From contig JBLIML010000004.1 of assembly GCA_047638675.1 (NCBI GenBank), positions 1,360-65,359 on the forward strand: a stretch of DNA of 64,000 nt. Reading direction: 5' to 3'. Origin of the DNA: Planctomycetota bacterium. GTDB taxonomy: Bacteria > Pseudomonadota > Gammaproteobacteria > Eutrophobiales > Eutrophobiaceae. Both the position numbers and the translations under genes were made by a program. Of this stretch, positions 36,099-45,454 are shown in pieces (the stretch's first letter is position 1; each line of letters starts with the position of its first letter). The notes under the pieces are model-generated. The model saw nothing but the letters and a program-made list of their open reading frames with translations, did no database searches and was not told where the DNA came from.

Positions 36099-38114
36099 TT
36101 AATTGTTGTTGTCTAATTCAAGCAGATGCTGATATCGGGGTAATATGGGCTCAAGCACTTCAATTAACTCACCGAGATGTTTGGCATACTTTTGCGAGTG
36201 ATTTATTGAGTTTGTATAGATCGGTTGACGAACCTGTTCCGAACTGGGGGTTCTAACCGGCCGCTGTGTTTCATAGAAAGTCAGGCAATTATCCTCCCAG
36301 GGTAAATTGCAATACTCCAGAATGCGTCGAACCTGGTTTTCAAAGTCGGTTACCAGTTCTTCATACTGAACAGTCAGTATGCGTCCTGGCAGGACATCGT
36401 GCCAATGGTCCATCATTCTCTGGTATTCAAGGTAGTATTCACCTATCTCGACGAGGTCGTAGGTAAAGGCCTGGCCTTTGGCGAATAATTGTCGATAGCA
36501 ACTGAGACAGGCATCCAGAGGGTGACGACGCGCATCTATAATCTTCGCATTGGGCAGAATTAAGTCCAGAAAACCTATCAATGAAAAGTTATTTGGCATC
36601 TTGTCGATAAAGTATGGAGTGCTATCAGATCTATGCATTTTTGCGTAGTGTAAATAATCATTTCCCAGTGCACTAAAATGAGATTCAGAGAGTTCTTTCA
36701 CCGCTTCGGGGTAATTGACACCATCAGCACGATTCCTGTTTAGTGAGGTTGCGACGCGACTTAGGTAGGGTAATTCGCTCGTTCCTTCAACCAGGCTATG
36801 ACTGGCAAGAATTTGCTCCTGGAGTGTTGAACCTGAACGAGGTAAGCCAAGTATAAAAATTGCTGACGCATCTTTAAGACCAGGGCCTGCATTTTTTTCG
36901 AATAACTCTCTGTTATAAACTTCTATAAGCCTATCGTGCAGTGTTTCTGTTAGCACGGGATCATAGTTTTCCGAGATTCGCCTGATAGCGTTGCCCTCTT
37001 CGTAATAGCGCCAGGCTTTATCATAATCATCCTTGTCTTCAAAGGACTTCGCCAGGGTAAAGAAAAAGCTGACCTTCGATTGATCATCTAACTCAGGATC
37101 CTTTACACATCGTTGCATCTCTTCTATATCGGCACTACTAAATTTATAGGTTTTGAGGTTTGATAAACTCCAATAGGCTTCACCATGATTCGGATTCAAT
37201 TCAATACATTTTCTGTATGCATCTATTGCGCCGTCCAGTTCGCCTACGGTTTTCAATACGTGACCCAGGCCAAGATGGGCTCCCGTATGATTTGGTTTTA
37301 CTTCTAGTGCTTTTCTATAGGCTTCAATCGCATCAAAAGTAAGAGAAGACGGTGCAAGTGTACTGCCGAGAAGGAAATGCGCCTTAACAGCGCCGGGATT
37401 TAGTTCAGTGGCCTTTTTGAAGCACTCAACAGCTTCTTCAAGGCGGTGGCTTTCTTTATACACATTCCCGAGATCAATGAGGGCATCAACAAAATCAGGT
37501 GCAAGTGAAAGCGCTTTGCGCAGATACTTTTCTGCTTCGTATTCGCGATTACCAATGAATACGACTAATCCTAATAAGCGTAATACATCAACGTTACCGG
37601 GATCATCGTCAAGAAGTTTTCGATAAACCCGTTCAGCTTCCTTAAATTTCCCTTCGCGATGTAAAGCAAGACCCTGAGCCATCAGTTTACGGTGTGGGGA
37701 TAATTCGAAAGATTTTTCGTAGGCTTCATCAGCCTCTTTACCGCGACCAAGGTTGCCGAGTGCCTTTCCAAGAGTAAAAAAGGCAGCATCAAGGCTCGGA
37801 TCGAGATTCACCGCCTTTTGCAGAACCGTGACAGCCTCTTCGTAGTTGGCCTTTTGAAATAACAATAGACCAAGATCTTCATGGGGTTTCGCAAATGTAG
37901 GTGCAAGCGCAACTGTTCGTCGCAGATATCGCTCGGCTTCATCCAGCTGGTTCGATTTAAATAATATTACGCCAAGCAATCCAAGCATGCTTACATCATC
38001 AGGACTAAGCGCTACAGCCGCCCGGCATTTTTGCTCTGCATGGGTTAAATCACCTTTGCCCAGTAATTCAATTATTTCATTGAACTGATATTTTGATGCT
38101 TGTGCGAGTGACAT
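36099..38114 (-). CDS. TPR-repeat protein fused to a C-terminal sulfotransferase domain (copy 1)
   Basis: 671 aa, about 10 TPR units. PAPS 5'-PSB motif LPRSGSTL, 3'-PB-like region IIDARRHPLD, and the paralogue-shared VRTPSSEQVRQPIY. Confidence 0.85.
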   Translation of the reverse strand: MSLAQASKYQFNEIIELLGKGDLTHAEQKCRAAVALSPDDVSMLGLLGVILFKSNQLDEAERYLRRTVALAPTFAKPHEDLGLLLFQKANYEEAVTVLQKAVNLDPSLDAAFFTLGKALGNLGRGKEADEAYEKSFELSPHRKLMAQGLALHREGKFKEAERVYRKLLDDDPGNVDVLRLLGLVVFIGNREYEAEKYLRKALSLAPDFVDALIDLGNVYKESHRLEEAVECFKKATELNPGAVKAHFLLGSTLAPSSLTFDAIEAYRKALEVKPNHTGAHLGLGHVLKTVGELDGAIDAYRKCIELNPNHGEAYWSLSNLKTYKFSSADIEEMQRCVKDPELDDQSKVSFFFTLAKSFEDKDDYDKAWRYYEEGNAIRRISENYDPVLTETLHDRLIEVYNRELFEKNAGPGLKDASAIFILGLPRSGSTLQEQILASHSLVEGTSELPYLSRVATSLNRNRADGVNYPEAVKELSESHFSALGNDYLHYAKMHRSDSTPYFIDKMPNNFSLIGFLDLILPNAKIIDARRHPLDACLSCYRQLFAKGQAFTYDLVEIGEYYLEYQRMMDHWHDVLPGRILTVQYEELVTDFENQVRRILEYCNLPWEDNCLTFYETQRPVRTPSSEQVRQPIYTNSINHSQKYAKHLGELIEVLEPILPRYQHLLELDNNN

Positions 38115-38447
38115 AACAAATACGAATGATTATAAGTTCTGAGTCCAAAAGTTAACTCAATGACAGGCTGATGTCGTGTTGTGATTTGTTAGCCATTATA
38201 GATAAACCTGTAGAATTAAACATAGATATATATGATTTCCTCCACAAATGGGTATTGGCGAATAAGATAGAAATTAAACTGCCCAGGCTTCATAAATAGC
38301 GCGCTGAAATGTCATGGTTTATATACGAAGAATGGAAAATTTGGTAAAATTCGGTGGCAGTTATGGCAATAATCAACTATTTAATGCTTTTAGTGTTTTT
38401 ACGTCTAACCAGCATAAAAAGCATAGACTAAATTTCCAGTATCCAGG

Positions 38448-39653
38448 ATGAAATACATGAGTTCAGCAGATATATCGACATTGTTTAAAGACCAAATAAA
38501 AGGTTTTTCCCTTCAACAAGCTTTCTATAAAGATGCTGATATTTATCAGCGCGAAATTGACCGGATTTTCATGAAGTCCTGGCTTTACGCTGGACACATA
38601 AGTCAGGTGCCTGAAGTCGGCGACTATTTTCTTTATGATCTGGATACAGAATCTGTAATTATTATCCGCGAGAGTAAGGATGATATTAAAGCCCTGATGA
38701 ACGTTTGCCGCCATCGAGGTTCAAGGGTGTGCCTCGATGCCAGCGGAAATAATAAATTGCTGGTTTGCCCCTATCATGGTTGGACCTATGAGAAAGATGG
38801 TGCATTACGCGGCGCCAGTTATACCGCTAGTGACTTTGATAAATCGAAATACTCTCTCAAGTCAGTTAGTCTCAAAATTTTTCATGGCATGATCTTTATT
38901 AATTTTGATAGTGATCCTGTTTCGTTTGATCCCATTGAAAGAGACCTGGACGAGAGTCTTCGCCCCTATCACATCGAAAAAACAAAAATCGCTCATAAGC
39001 AAAGTTATCCTATGAAAGCAAACTGGAAACTTGCTGTGGAAAATTATAGTGAGTGTTATCACTGTGTGTCTGCTCATCCTGAATATGCAGAGGCCCATGG
39101 ACGTTCTTTCTCCGATAAGGATATGGAAGACTTAACCAAAAAGGTAATGCAAAACGCTGAAAAAGCCGGTTTATCAAACTGCAGTATCAATTACGACTGG
39201 CTGGAATCCGGCGGAGTTGGTATAGATCGCAGCTATGATCGCTACCCACTTTTAAAGGGCTTCGTAACAGGAAGTCGAGATGGAAAACCAGTGGCGCCAC
39301 TTTTGGGAGAGCTCAAGGATTATGATGGTGGAACTGCGGACATGCATATTGGTCCGCCAACCTTTTTTCTTACGTACTGTGATCATGTTGTGGTTTATCA
39401 TTTCAAGCCACTTACTCTCGATACCGCTGATTGCGAAATTACCTGGCTCGTCAATGAGACGGCCGAAGAAGGTAAAGACTATCAACTGGAAGATCTGATT
39501 TGGCTTTGGGACGTGACTACACTCGCTGACAAACGAATTATTGAAAACAATCAGAAAGGCGTAAACTCACATTTTTATCAGCCAGGTCCCTATACGGCTA
39601 TGGAGGATTTTGCGCAAGGGTTTATAAATTGGTATCTGGCGCTAATGAAATAA
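38448..39653 (+). CDS. Rieske (2Fe-2S) non-haem-iron oxygenase alpha subunit, GbcA/CntA/Stc2-like
   Basis: Rieske motif CRHRG...CPYHGW. Mononuclear-iron region NWKLAVENYSECYHCVSAHPE. Confidence 0.82.
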   Translation: MKYMSSADISTLFKDQIKGFSLQQAFYKDADIYQREIDRIFMKSWLYAGHISQVPEVGDYFLYDLDTESVIIIRESKDDIKALMNVCRHRGSRVCLDASGNNKLLVCPYHGWTYEKDGALRGASYTASDFDKSKYSLKSVSLKIFHGMIFINFDSDPVSFDPIERDLDESLRPYHIEKTKIAHKQSYPMKANWKLAVENYSECYHCVSAHPEYAEAHGRSFSDKDMEDLTKKVMQNAEKAGLSNCSINYDWLESGGVGIDRSYDRYPLLKGFVTGSRDGKPVAPLLGELKDYDGGTADMHIGPPTFFLTYCDHVVVYHFKPLTLDTADCEITWLVNETAEEGKDYQLEDLIWLWDVTTLADKRIIENNQKGVNSHFYQPGPYTAMEDFAQGFINWYLALMK

Positions 39654-39677
39654 TAATTGCCAACAGGGCAGGCTAAG

Positions 39678-40913
39678 CTATTTCGCGAAATTGGAGCCCT
39701 TTTCAACAATTACATATTGATCTGAAGAGTAGCCGTTGAATCGAGTAGTGGTTGCCGATCCATAAGCACCAGTTAAGCCGAATTCTATCCAGTCACCTGT
39801 ATCAATGGACGAAGGCAGGAATATAGTTTCTGTAAAACAATCCGATGAATCACAGGTGGGTCCATAAACTTTAAACTCATCCAAAGTATCTAGAAGAATC
39901 TGCGACTCACGGTGCACTTTAATCGGTAATTTGAAAAAAGTAACAAACTGTTCCATGAACCCGCCATAGATCCCGTCATTTAAGAACAGGATGTTATCTT
40001 TCCTGCGATGTTTTACACGGGTCACTAATGAAGATGATGCGGCAACCAGACTTCGGCCAGGTTCACATACAAGCTCGCACTTAGATTTAGAGAACCAAAG
40101 ATGAAACTGCTCATCAATGGCCGCAAAGAATTCAGATAATGGTGGAATGCTTGAATTACGGTACTGTGCAGGAAAACCACCACCAACATTGAGCATTGTG
40201 ATATCGACTTTCGCCTTCTTTGCAATAATTGCCGCGGCATATATAAAGTCCTTATAGGCTTTGGGCGTAAAACATTGTGTGCCCGGATGAAAAGTAAGAG
40301 CAGGTCTATACCCGGCCTTGCTTATCATCTTCAATAGTACGCTCGCCTCTTCTGGTTGTGCTCCAAATTTCGTATTGAGGTCTTGCGCAGCATATGAGCC
40401 CTTAATCTTAAATCTTACTGTGAGTTGGACTGAAGGATCCTTGCCAATGACGGATTGAATCTTCTGCAGTTCGATTTCGTCATCCAGTGCAAACGAGCGG
40501 ACACCATATTGAAAATAGGCTTGTTCAATTTCGTAAACGGATTTTATTGGGTTGTCATAAAAAATAGTGGCTTGTGCATCCAGTTGTCGCACCAGGGCGA
40601 TTTCAGGAATTGAGGCCGCGTCAAAGAAATGTATCCCGGCTGCAATGAGATGTTCAAGCACGAGGGCTTCGCCATTGGACTTGACGGCGTAAGCGACTTT
40701 ACCGGGAAAATTATTAACGAAAAGATCAACACGTTTACTTAGCTCTTCAGGGCAGAAACAATGAACAGGGAAATCCGGGCGTAAGCGTTGAATAAGGTCT
40801 GCTGTATCCTTAAATCGTTCTATTGCCTGATTATCCTTGCCTGAAGGGAAAGAATCGAGACGGCTTATTTGATGGAAATCTGCTGCAGTCTGGCTGTTCA
40901 TCATTTTGCTCAC
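39678..40913 (-). CDS. Fold-III PLP-dependent decarboxylase (ornithine/lysine/arginine/DAP decarboxylase family)
   Basis: 411 aa. PLP lysine motif YAVKSN, GGGFP motif (NVGGGFPAQY), C-terminal CDS..D substrate loop (GPTCDSSD). Confidence 0.82.
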   Translation of the reverse strand: MSKMMNSQTAADFHQISRLDSFPSGKDNQAIERFKDTADLIQRLRPDFPVHCFCPEELSKRVDLFVNNFPGKVAYAVKSNGEALVLEHLIAAGIHFFDAASIPEIALVRQLDAQATIFYDNPIKSVYEIEQAYFQYGVRSFALDDEIELQKIQSVIGKDPSVQLTVRFKIKGSYAAQDLNTKFGAQPEEASVLLKMISKAGYRPALTFHPGTQCFTPKAYKDFIYAAAIIAKKAKVDITMLNVGGGFPAQYRNSSIPPLSEFFAAIDEQFHLWFSKSKCELVCEPGRSLVAASSSLVTRVKHRRKDNILFLNDGIYGGFMEQFVTFFKLPIKVHRESQILLDTLDEFKVYGPTCDSSDCFTETIFLPSSIDTGDWIEFGLTGAYGSATTTRFNGYSSDQYVIVEKGSNFAK

Positions 40914-41043
40914 TTTGTTGCCTGGAAGTCGTTTACAAGTTGTTACAGTATCGGCAATAAACCAGTCAGAATGAAGATGTTAAACTGTCATTATTATGTA
41001 TAATTCTAGAGAATATGACACTATAACCAGGCAAATAGACTAA

Positions 41044-41490
41044 ATGAGTGAGATAAAACCGCTAAGCGACAAAGATGAGGCGCTAATACATTTACTACAA
41101 TTGAATGCTCGAGAGTCCATCAGCAATCTGGCAAGACAACTGGGTGTTTCCCGAACTGCGGTTCAGGAAAGGTTAAATCGGCTTACTCGTCTTGGCATTA
41201 TTGAAGGATTTACAGTAAAACTAAACCCCAATTGGCAGAAGAATCGGATATCGACCTTTATTGAATTGGTCATTGTTCCAAAAGAAGCCAGACAGGTTAT
41301 ATCGGCTCTGGAGAGCATGCCCTATATAAAAGCATTATGGAGTGTAAGCGGACGTTTTGATTTGTTGGCTGAAGCAAGTGCACCAACCACAGAAAAAATT
41401 GATCTCCTACTTGACGACGTTGGCGATATAGAGGGTGTTACTCGTACTGAATCCTCGGTGGTGTTGTCGACAAAATTTGAACGCAGATAA
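41044..41490 (+). CDS. Lrp/AsnC-family transcriptional regulator
   Basis: 148 aa. HTH (ARESISNLARQLGVSRTAVQERLNRL) plus a RAM-like C-domain. Divergent from the decarboxylase. Confidence 0.88.
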   Translation: MSEIKPLSDKDEALIHLLQLNARESISNLARQLGVSRTAVQERLNRLTRLGIIEGFTVKLNPNWQKNRISTFIELVIVPKEARQVISALESMPYIKALWSVSGRFDLLAEASAPTTEKIDLLLDDVGDIEGVTRTESSVVLSTKFERR

Positions 41491-41708
41491 GACTATTCAT
41501 CGTCCTGACTTCAGCAAGAAGTTAGTCAGATAGAATCAGCTTCGATCAATTTAAAGATGGCTCTTCCGCAGAATCGGTGGGTGAAAATATACTATTCTTT
41601 TGAGCCCGGAAAAACAAAGCACGCGGGAAGCGCGAAGCCTGCCCTTGGGGTATGACAGTGTTTTTTTAACTGCCTTTCCTGTTAACCCATAAATTCTGCT
41701 GAAGACCC

Positions 41709-42413
41709 TCAAAGATTGTCAGACCAAAGACTATAGAGCTGCTTAGCCAGTTTACGACTCAATTCATAATTATCGACGCTTAACTTCAAGATCTCTTCGC
41801 TCGTTTGAACGCCATCACCCGGGGCAGGATGTTTTTCATGCAGTTCACTTGCCCAGTGCTTTATCATATCAAGCTCAATTTCTACATGAAATTGCATTGC
41901 CAACATTTTCTCGTATACGAATGCCTGGTTGGTACAAAAGTCACCACCAAGTATTTTTGTAGCGCCTTTTGGAATAGTAAACGTGTCGCTATGCCACTGC
42001 ATGGCTTTCAGGTTTTCAGAAGAATTACCCAGCCATTGTGAAGCTATTTGATTAGTCTCCGGATATAAAGTCGACCAACCGAACTCAACAAGCGAGTGTT
42101 GTGTTACTTCGCCACCGAGGGCTTTACTGATTAATTGACCACCCAAACAATGACCAATCACTGGTTGACCAGTTTTTTTCGCCGCTTTAATCAAGGTAAT
42201 TTCCCTGAGCATAGCTTGGCTCGGCTGAGTAACACTTTCTATTCCGCCCAGAAAACATAAACCTGAGAAACTGGAAAGATCCGATGGATCCGGAATCTCG
42301 TCTCCATTATTCGGATATAGAATTTGATAGGGCAATGAGCGAAGTTTAAGAAACGCCTCAAACAAACCGGCCTTGCTGGTATTAATGTGTTCGAAAATCA
42401 GTATTGGTTTCAT
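41709..42413 (-). CDS. Class I glutamine amidotransferase-like protein
   Basis: 234 aa. Nucleophile elbow IGHCLGGQL and His-x-Glu (FHVE). Confidence 0.8.
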   Translation of the reverse strand: MKPILIFEHINTSKAGLFEAFLKLRSLPYQILYPNNGDEIPDPSDLSSFSGLCFLGGIESVTQPSQAMLREITLIKAAKKTGQPVIGHCLGGQLISKALGGEVTQHSLVEFGWSTLYPETNQIASQWLGNSSENLKAMQWHSDTFTIPKGATKILGGDFCTNQAFVYEKMLAMQFHVEIELDMIKHWASELHEKHPAPGDGVQTSEEILKLSVDNYELSRKLAKQLYSLWSDNL

Positions 42414-42658
42414 TTAGAGGTGATCCGTATTGTTCGGAGACTGTGCTCACAGTAGTGACTGCAAGCGCTCGCTTTGCTATTTCATTCAATGTCATCTTTA
42501 AGAGTTGTTTTCGCGGACTAAGACTTCTATCCGTCGTAAATCGAGTTTTTCGGCGGCGCTGGACATCATTCGCTTTTCTTGTAGGATTGGTCGATAAGCT
42601 TCAGTCTATATATTCTGTTTGCCAGCACAATGCTGATTAATAAAAAGGCGTATCACCA

Positions 42659-42829
42659 ATGAAACAATGGGAATGCATTATGTGTGGTTTTATATACGAT
42701 GAAGCGAAAGGGATTCCTGAAGAAGGTATTGAGCCAGGTACAAGTTGGGATAACATTCCGGATAGCTGGTTATGTCCGGATTGTGGTGTGGGCAAAGCCG
42801 ACTTCATCATGGTTGAGATTGATACCTGA
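42659..42829 (+). CDS. Rubredoxin (56 aa; below the ORF-track length cut-off)
   Basis: Own translation: [56 protein letters not shown]. It has the two CxxCG knuckles. The listed minus-strand ORF 42637-42840 is its antisense shadow. Confidence 0.9.
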   Translation: MKQWECIMCGFIYDEAKGIPEEGIEPGTSWDNIPDSWLCPDCGVGKADFIMVEIDT

Positions 42830-42857
42830 TCACAGACCAATATAACGAGAGAATCAT

Positions 42858-43919
42858 TTGTTCTTGGTGAGAAAATTGAAAAAGATAATTAAGTTATTCA
42901 AAGAACCTCAAGGTGCCATTTATCACAGCCTCGCCTGTGGCTATGCAATTTTGATGTATATCCTGGGTATTGCAGGTCTATTTCAAACTAACTGGTTGAT
43001 TAACTTTCTCTCCACTATAAGCCTGGCTCATGGAATGACCATAGCGGCCTACATGATTCACGAGAGTGGTCACAACACCATCTTTCGTAGTAATGAAAAT
43101 AATGCAAAATTAGGAAAATTCCTGACATGGATATGTGGTGCTTGCTACGGCACTTTTGAAGATATCCGATACAAACATTTTCGGCATCACGTCGATAATG
43201 ATGATGTCGCCTGGTTCGATCATACGAATTATTTTCGACGACACCCTGTTTTCACAAAGCTGGTAGAAATACTGGAATGGTTTTATATACCAGCGCATGA
43301 TTTATTAATGCACTTTATCATGGTCTTTACTTCGTTCATTATTTCTCAACGCCGTTACCAACGCGGGCATAATTTGGCAGCGATTTTAATAAGGGGTTTC
43401 ATCTTCTTAGCGGTTCTCTACTTCAATACGAAAGCCGCTATTCTTTATGCCACGGCTTATATGATCATGATTCAAATACTTCGTTTCATGGATAGTCTGC
43501 AGCATGACTATGGGTATCATTTAACATTATTTAGTAAGGAAGACGCACCTCTAAAGGGAAACAGCGAATACGAACAAGCTCACACTTTTAGCAATCCACA
43601 TACCCTCAAATATGATTGCTTAAACTGGTTTACGTTGAATTTCGGCTTCCATAACGCACATCACGCACGTCCAATTGTGCCCTGGTACAGATTACCAGCG
43701 CTGCATCGAGAACTTTATGGAGATAGTCTGGATCTGGTCATACCTTTACTTGCACAGTTGAAGATGTTTCACAATTTTCGTGTTGAACGGGTGGTCTTTG
43801 GCGAGGCAAGAGAAGATTCGACAGTCGATACTAACGACGCTGAAAGTAATTTTCTCTTAGCTGCACAGCAAGCACAGGTATCCGGTGGCAATGCGGCATC
43901 ATTTCTAACTTCATTCTAG
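42858..43919 (+). CDS. Membrane fatty-acid-desaturase/hydroxylase-family di-iron enzyme
   Basis: Three His boxes (HESGHN, HFRHH, HNAHH) and hydrophobic spans. TTG start 28 nt after rubredoxin. Confidence 0.8.
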   Translation: MFLVRKLKKIIKLFKEPQGAIYHSLACGYAILMYILGIAGLFQTNWLINFLSTISLAHGMTIAAYMIHESGHNTIFRSNENNAKLGKFLTWICGACYGTFEDIRYKHFRHHVDNDDVAWFDHTNYFRRHPVFTKLVEILEWFYIPAHDLLMHFIMVFTSFIISQRRYQRGHNLAAILIRGFIFLAVLYFNTKAAILYATAYMIMIQILRFMDSLQHDYGYHLTLFSKEDAPLKGNSEYEQAHTFSNPHTLKYDCLNWFTLNFGFHNAHHARPIVPWYRLPALHRELYGDSLDLVIPLLAQLKMFHNFRVERVVFGEAREDSTVDTNDAESNFLLAAQQAQVSGGNAASFLTSF

Positions 43920-45445
43920 CTGTTGACTGGAAAAGAAAACTGCGCTTTTTCAATCGTGTCATCAGGCCAACGTTGTGTAATGGTTTTTCGTTGCGTATAA
44001 AAACGCACTGAGTCCGGACCATAAGCACTGAGGTCACCAAAAAGCGATCGTTTCCAGCCACCAAAACTATGGTAGGCAGCAGGCACTGGTAAAGGCACGT
44101 TCACACCCACCATGCCGACCTTAATGTTCTCAGTAAAGTAACGCGCCATCCCGCCATCACGAGTGAAAATACATGTGCCATTACCGTATTCATGATCGTC
44201 AATCAGTTGCATAGCATGTTCCATAGAATCCGTTCTAAGCACACATAAAACAGGGCCGAATATTTCTTCCTGATAAATACGCATATGCGGTTTAACGTTA
44301 TCGAACAAACAGCCCCCTAGAAAAAAACCGTTCTCATGATTACTAACAGATAAGTTTCGACCATCCACCACAAGTGTCGCGCCCTCTTCCTGGCCAAGAT
44401 CAACATAAGCTCTCACTTTTTCGTGATGTTGTTTTGACACTAATGGACCCATATCATTATTATTATCGCTGCCGGGGCCAATTTTCAGATTAGAGATGCG
44501 TTTTGATAACTTGCCAACAAGTTCATCGGCGACTTCATCTCCTATACAGACTGCAACAGAGATCGCCATGCAACGTTCCCCACAGGAGCCGAAAGCGGCG
44601 CCCATTAGCGCATTTACCGTGTTGTCCATGTCAGCGTCGGGCATCACCAGGGCGTGATTTTTTGCGCCACCCAGTGCTTGAACGCGTTTACCATTTGCCG
44701 TACCTGTGGCGTAGATATACTCGGCGATGGGCGTTGAGCCAACAAAACTTACCGCTTGTACGCGCGGGTCATGCAACAAAGTATCGACGGCTTCCTTGTC
44801 TCCATTGATGACATTGAATACTCCCTCAGGTAGTCCGGCCTCGCTAAAAAGTTCTGCGATAAATAACGAACAACTGGGATCTTTTTCAGAAGGCTTTAAT
44901 ATAAAGGTATTACCACAAACAATAGCCATCGGAAACATCCACATGGGTACCATTGCAGGAAAGTTAAAGGGCGTAATGCCAGCGACAACGCCCAGAGGAT
45001 GGAATTCTGACCAGCTATCAATCGCCGGACCCACATTTCTGGAATGCTCACCCTTTAATAATTCAGGCGCCGCACAAGCATATTCAACTACTTCGATGCC
45101 ACGAATGAACTCGCCCCTGGCGTCGTCAAGTACCTTTCCATGTTCTTCTGTAATCAGGGCGGCGATAGCATCCGCATTTTGTTCCAGAAGTTCTTTAAAC
45201 CTGAACATAATGCGGGCACGTTTTAAGGACGGCGTATCGCGCCAGGCGGGGAAAGCCGCCTGGGCGTCCTTTATAGCATCCTCAACAATATCTTTGCTGG
45301 CTGCAGCAACATTTCGAATTACCTGCCCGGTTGCGGGATTAGTTACGGCTAACAATCGATCGTAAACGTTAACTTTTCTACCATTAATGTAGTGACCAAC
45401 AATATCACTTGTGGATTCATGCTTTGCTAGTTGTATAGATGTCAT
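43916..45445 (-). CDS. mmsA: CoA-acylating methylmalonate/malonate-semialdehyde dehydrogenase
   Basis: 509 aa ALDH. CGNTFILKPSEKDP and catalytic-Cys region FGSCGERCMA, typical of MMSDH. Lies downstream of the beta-alanine transaminase gene. Confidence 0.85.
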   Translation of the reverse strand: MTSIQLAKHESTSDIVGHYINGRKVNVYDRLLAVTNPATGQVIRNVAAASKDIVEDAIKDAQAAFPAWRDTPSLKRARIMFRFKELLEQNADAIAALITEEHGKVLDDARGEFIRGIEVVEYACAAPELLKGEHSRNVGPAIDSWSEFHPLGVVAGITPFNFPAMVPMWMFPMAIVCGNTFILKPSEKDPSCSLFIAELFSEAGLPEGVFNVINGDKEAVDTLLHDPRVQAVSFVGSTPIAEYIYATGTANGKRVQALGGAKNHALVMPDADMDNTVNALMGAAFGSCGERCMAISVAVCIGDEVADELVGKLSKRISNLKIGPGSDNNNDMGPLVSKQHHEKVRAYVDLGQEEGATLVVDGRNLSVSNHENGFFLGGCLFDNVKPHMRIYQEEIFGPVLCVLRTDSMEHAMQLIDDHEYGNGTCIFTRDGGMARYFTENIKVGMVGVNVPLPVPAAYHSFGGWKRSLFGDLSAYGPDSVRFYTQRKTITQRWPDDTIEKAQFSFPVNS

Positions 45446-45454
45446 TGCTATCCC

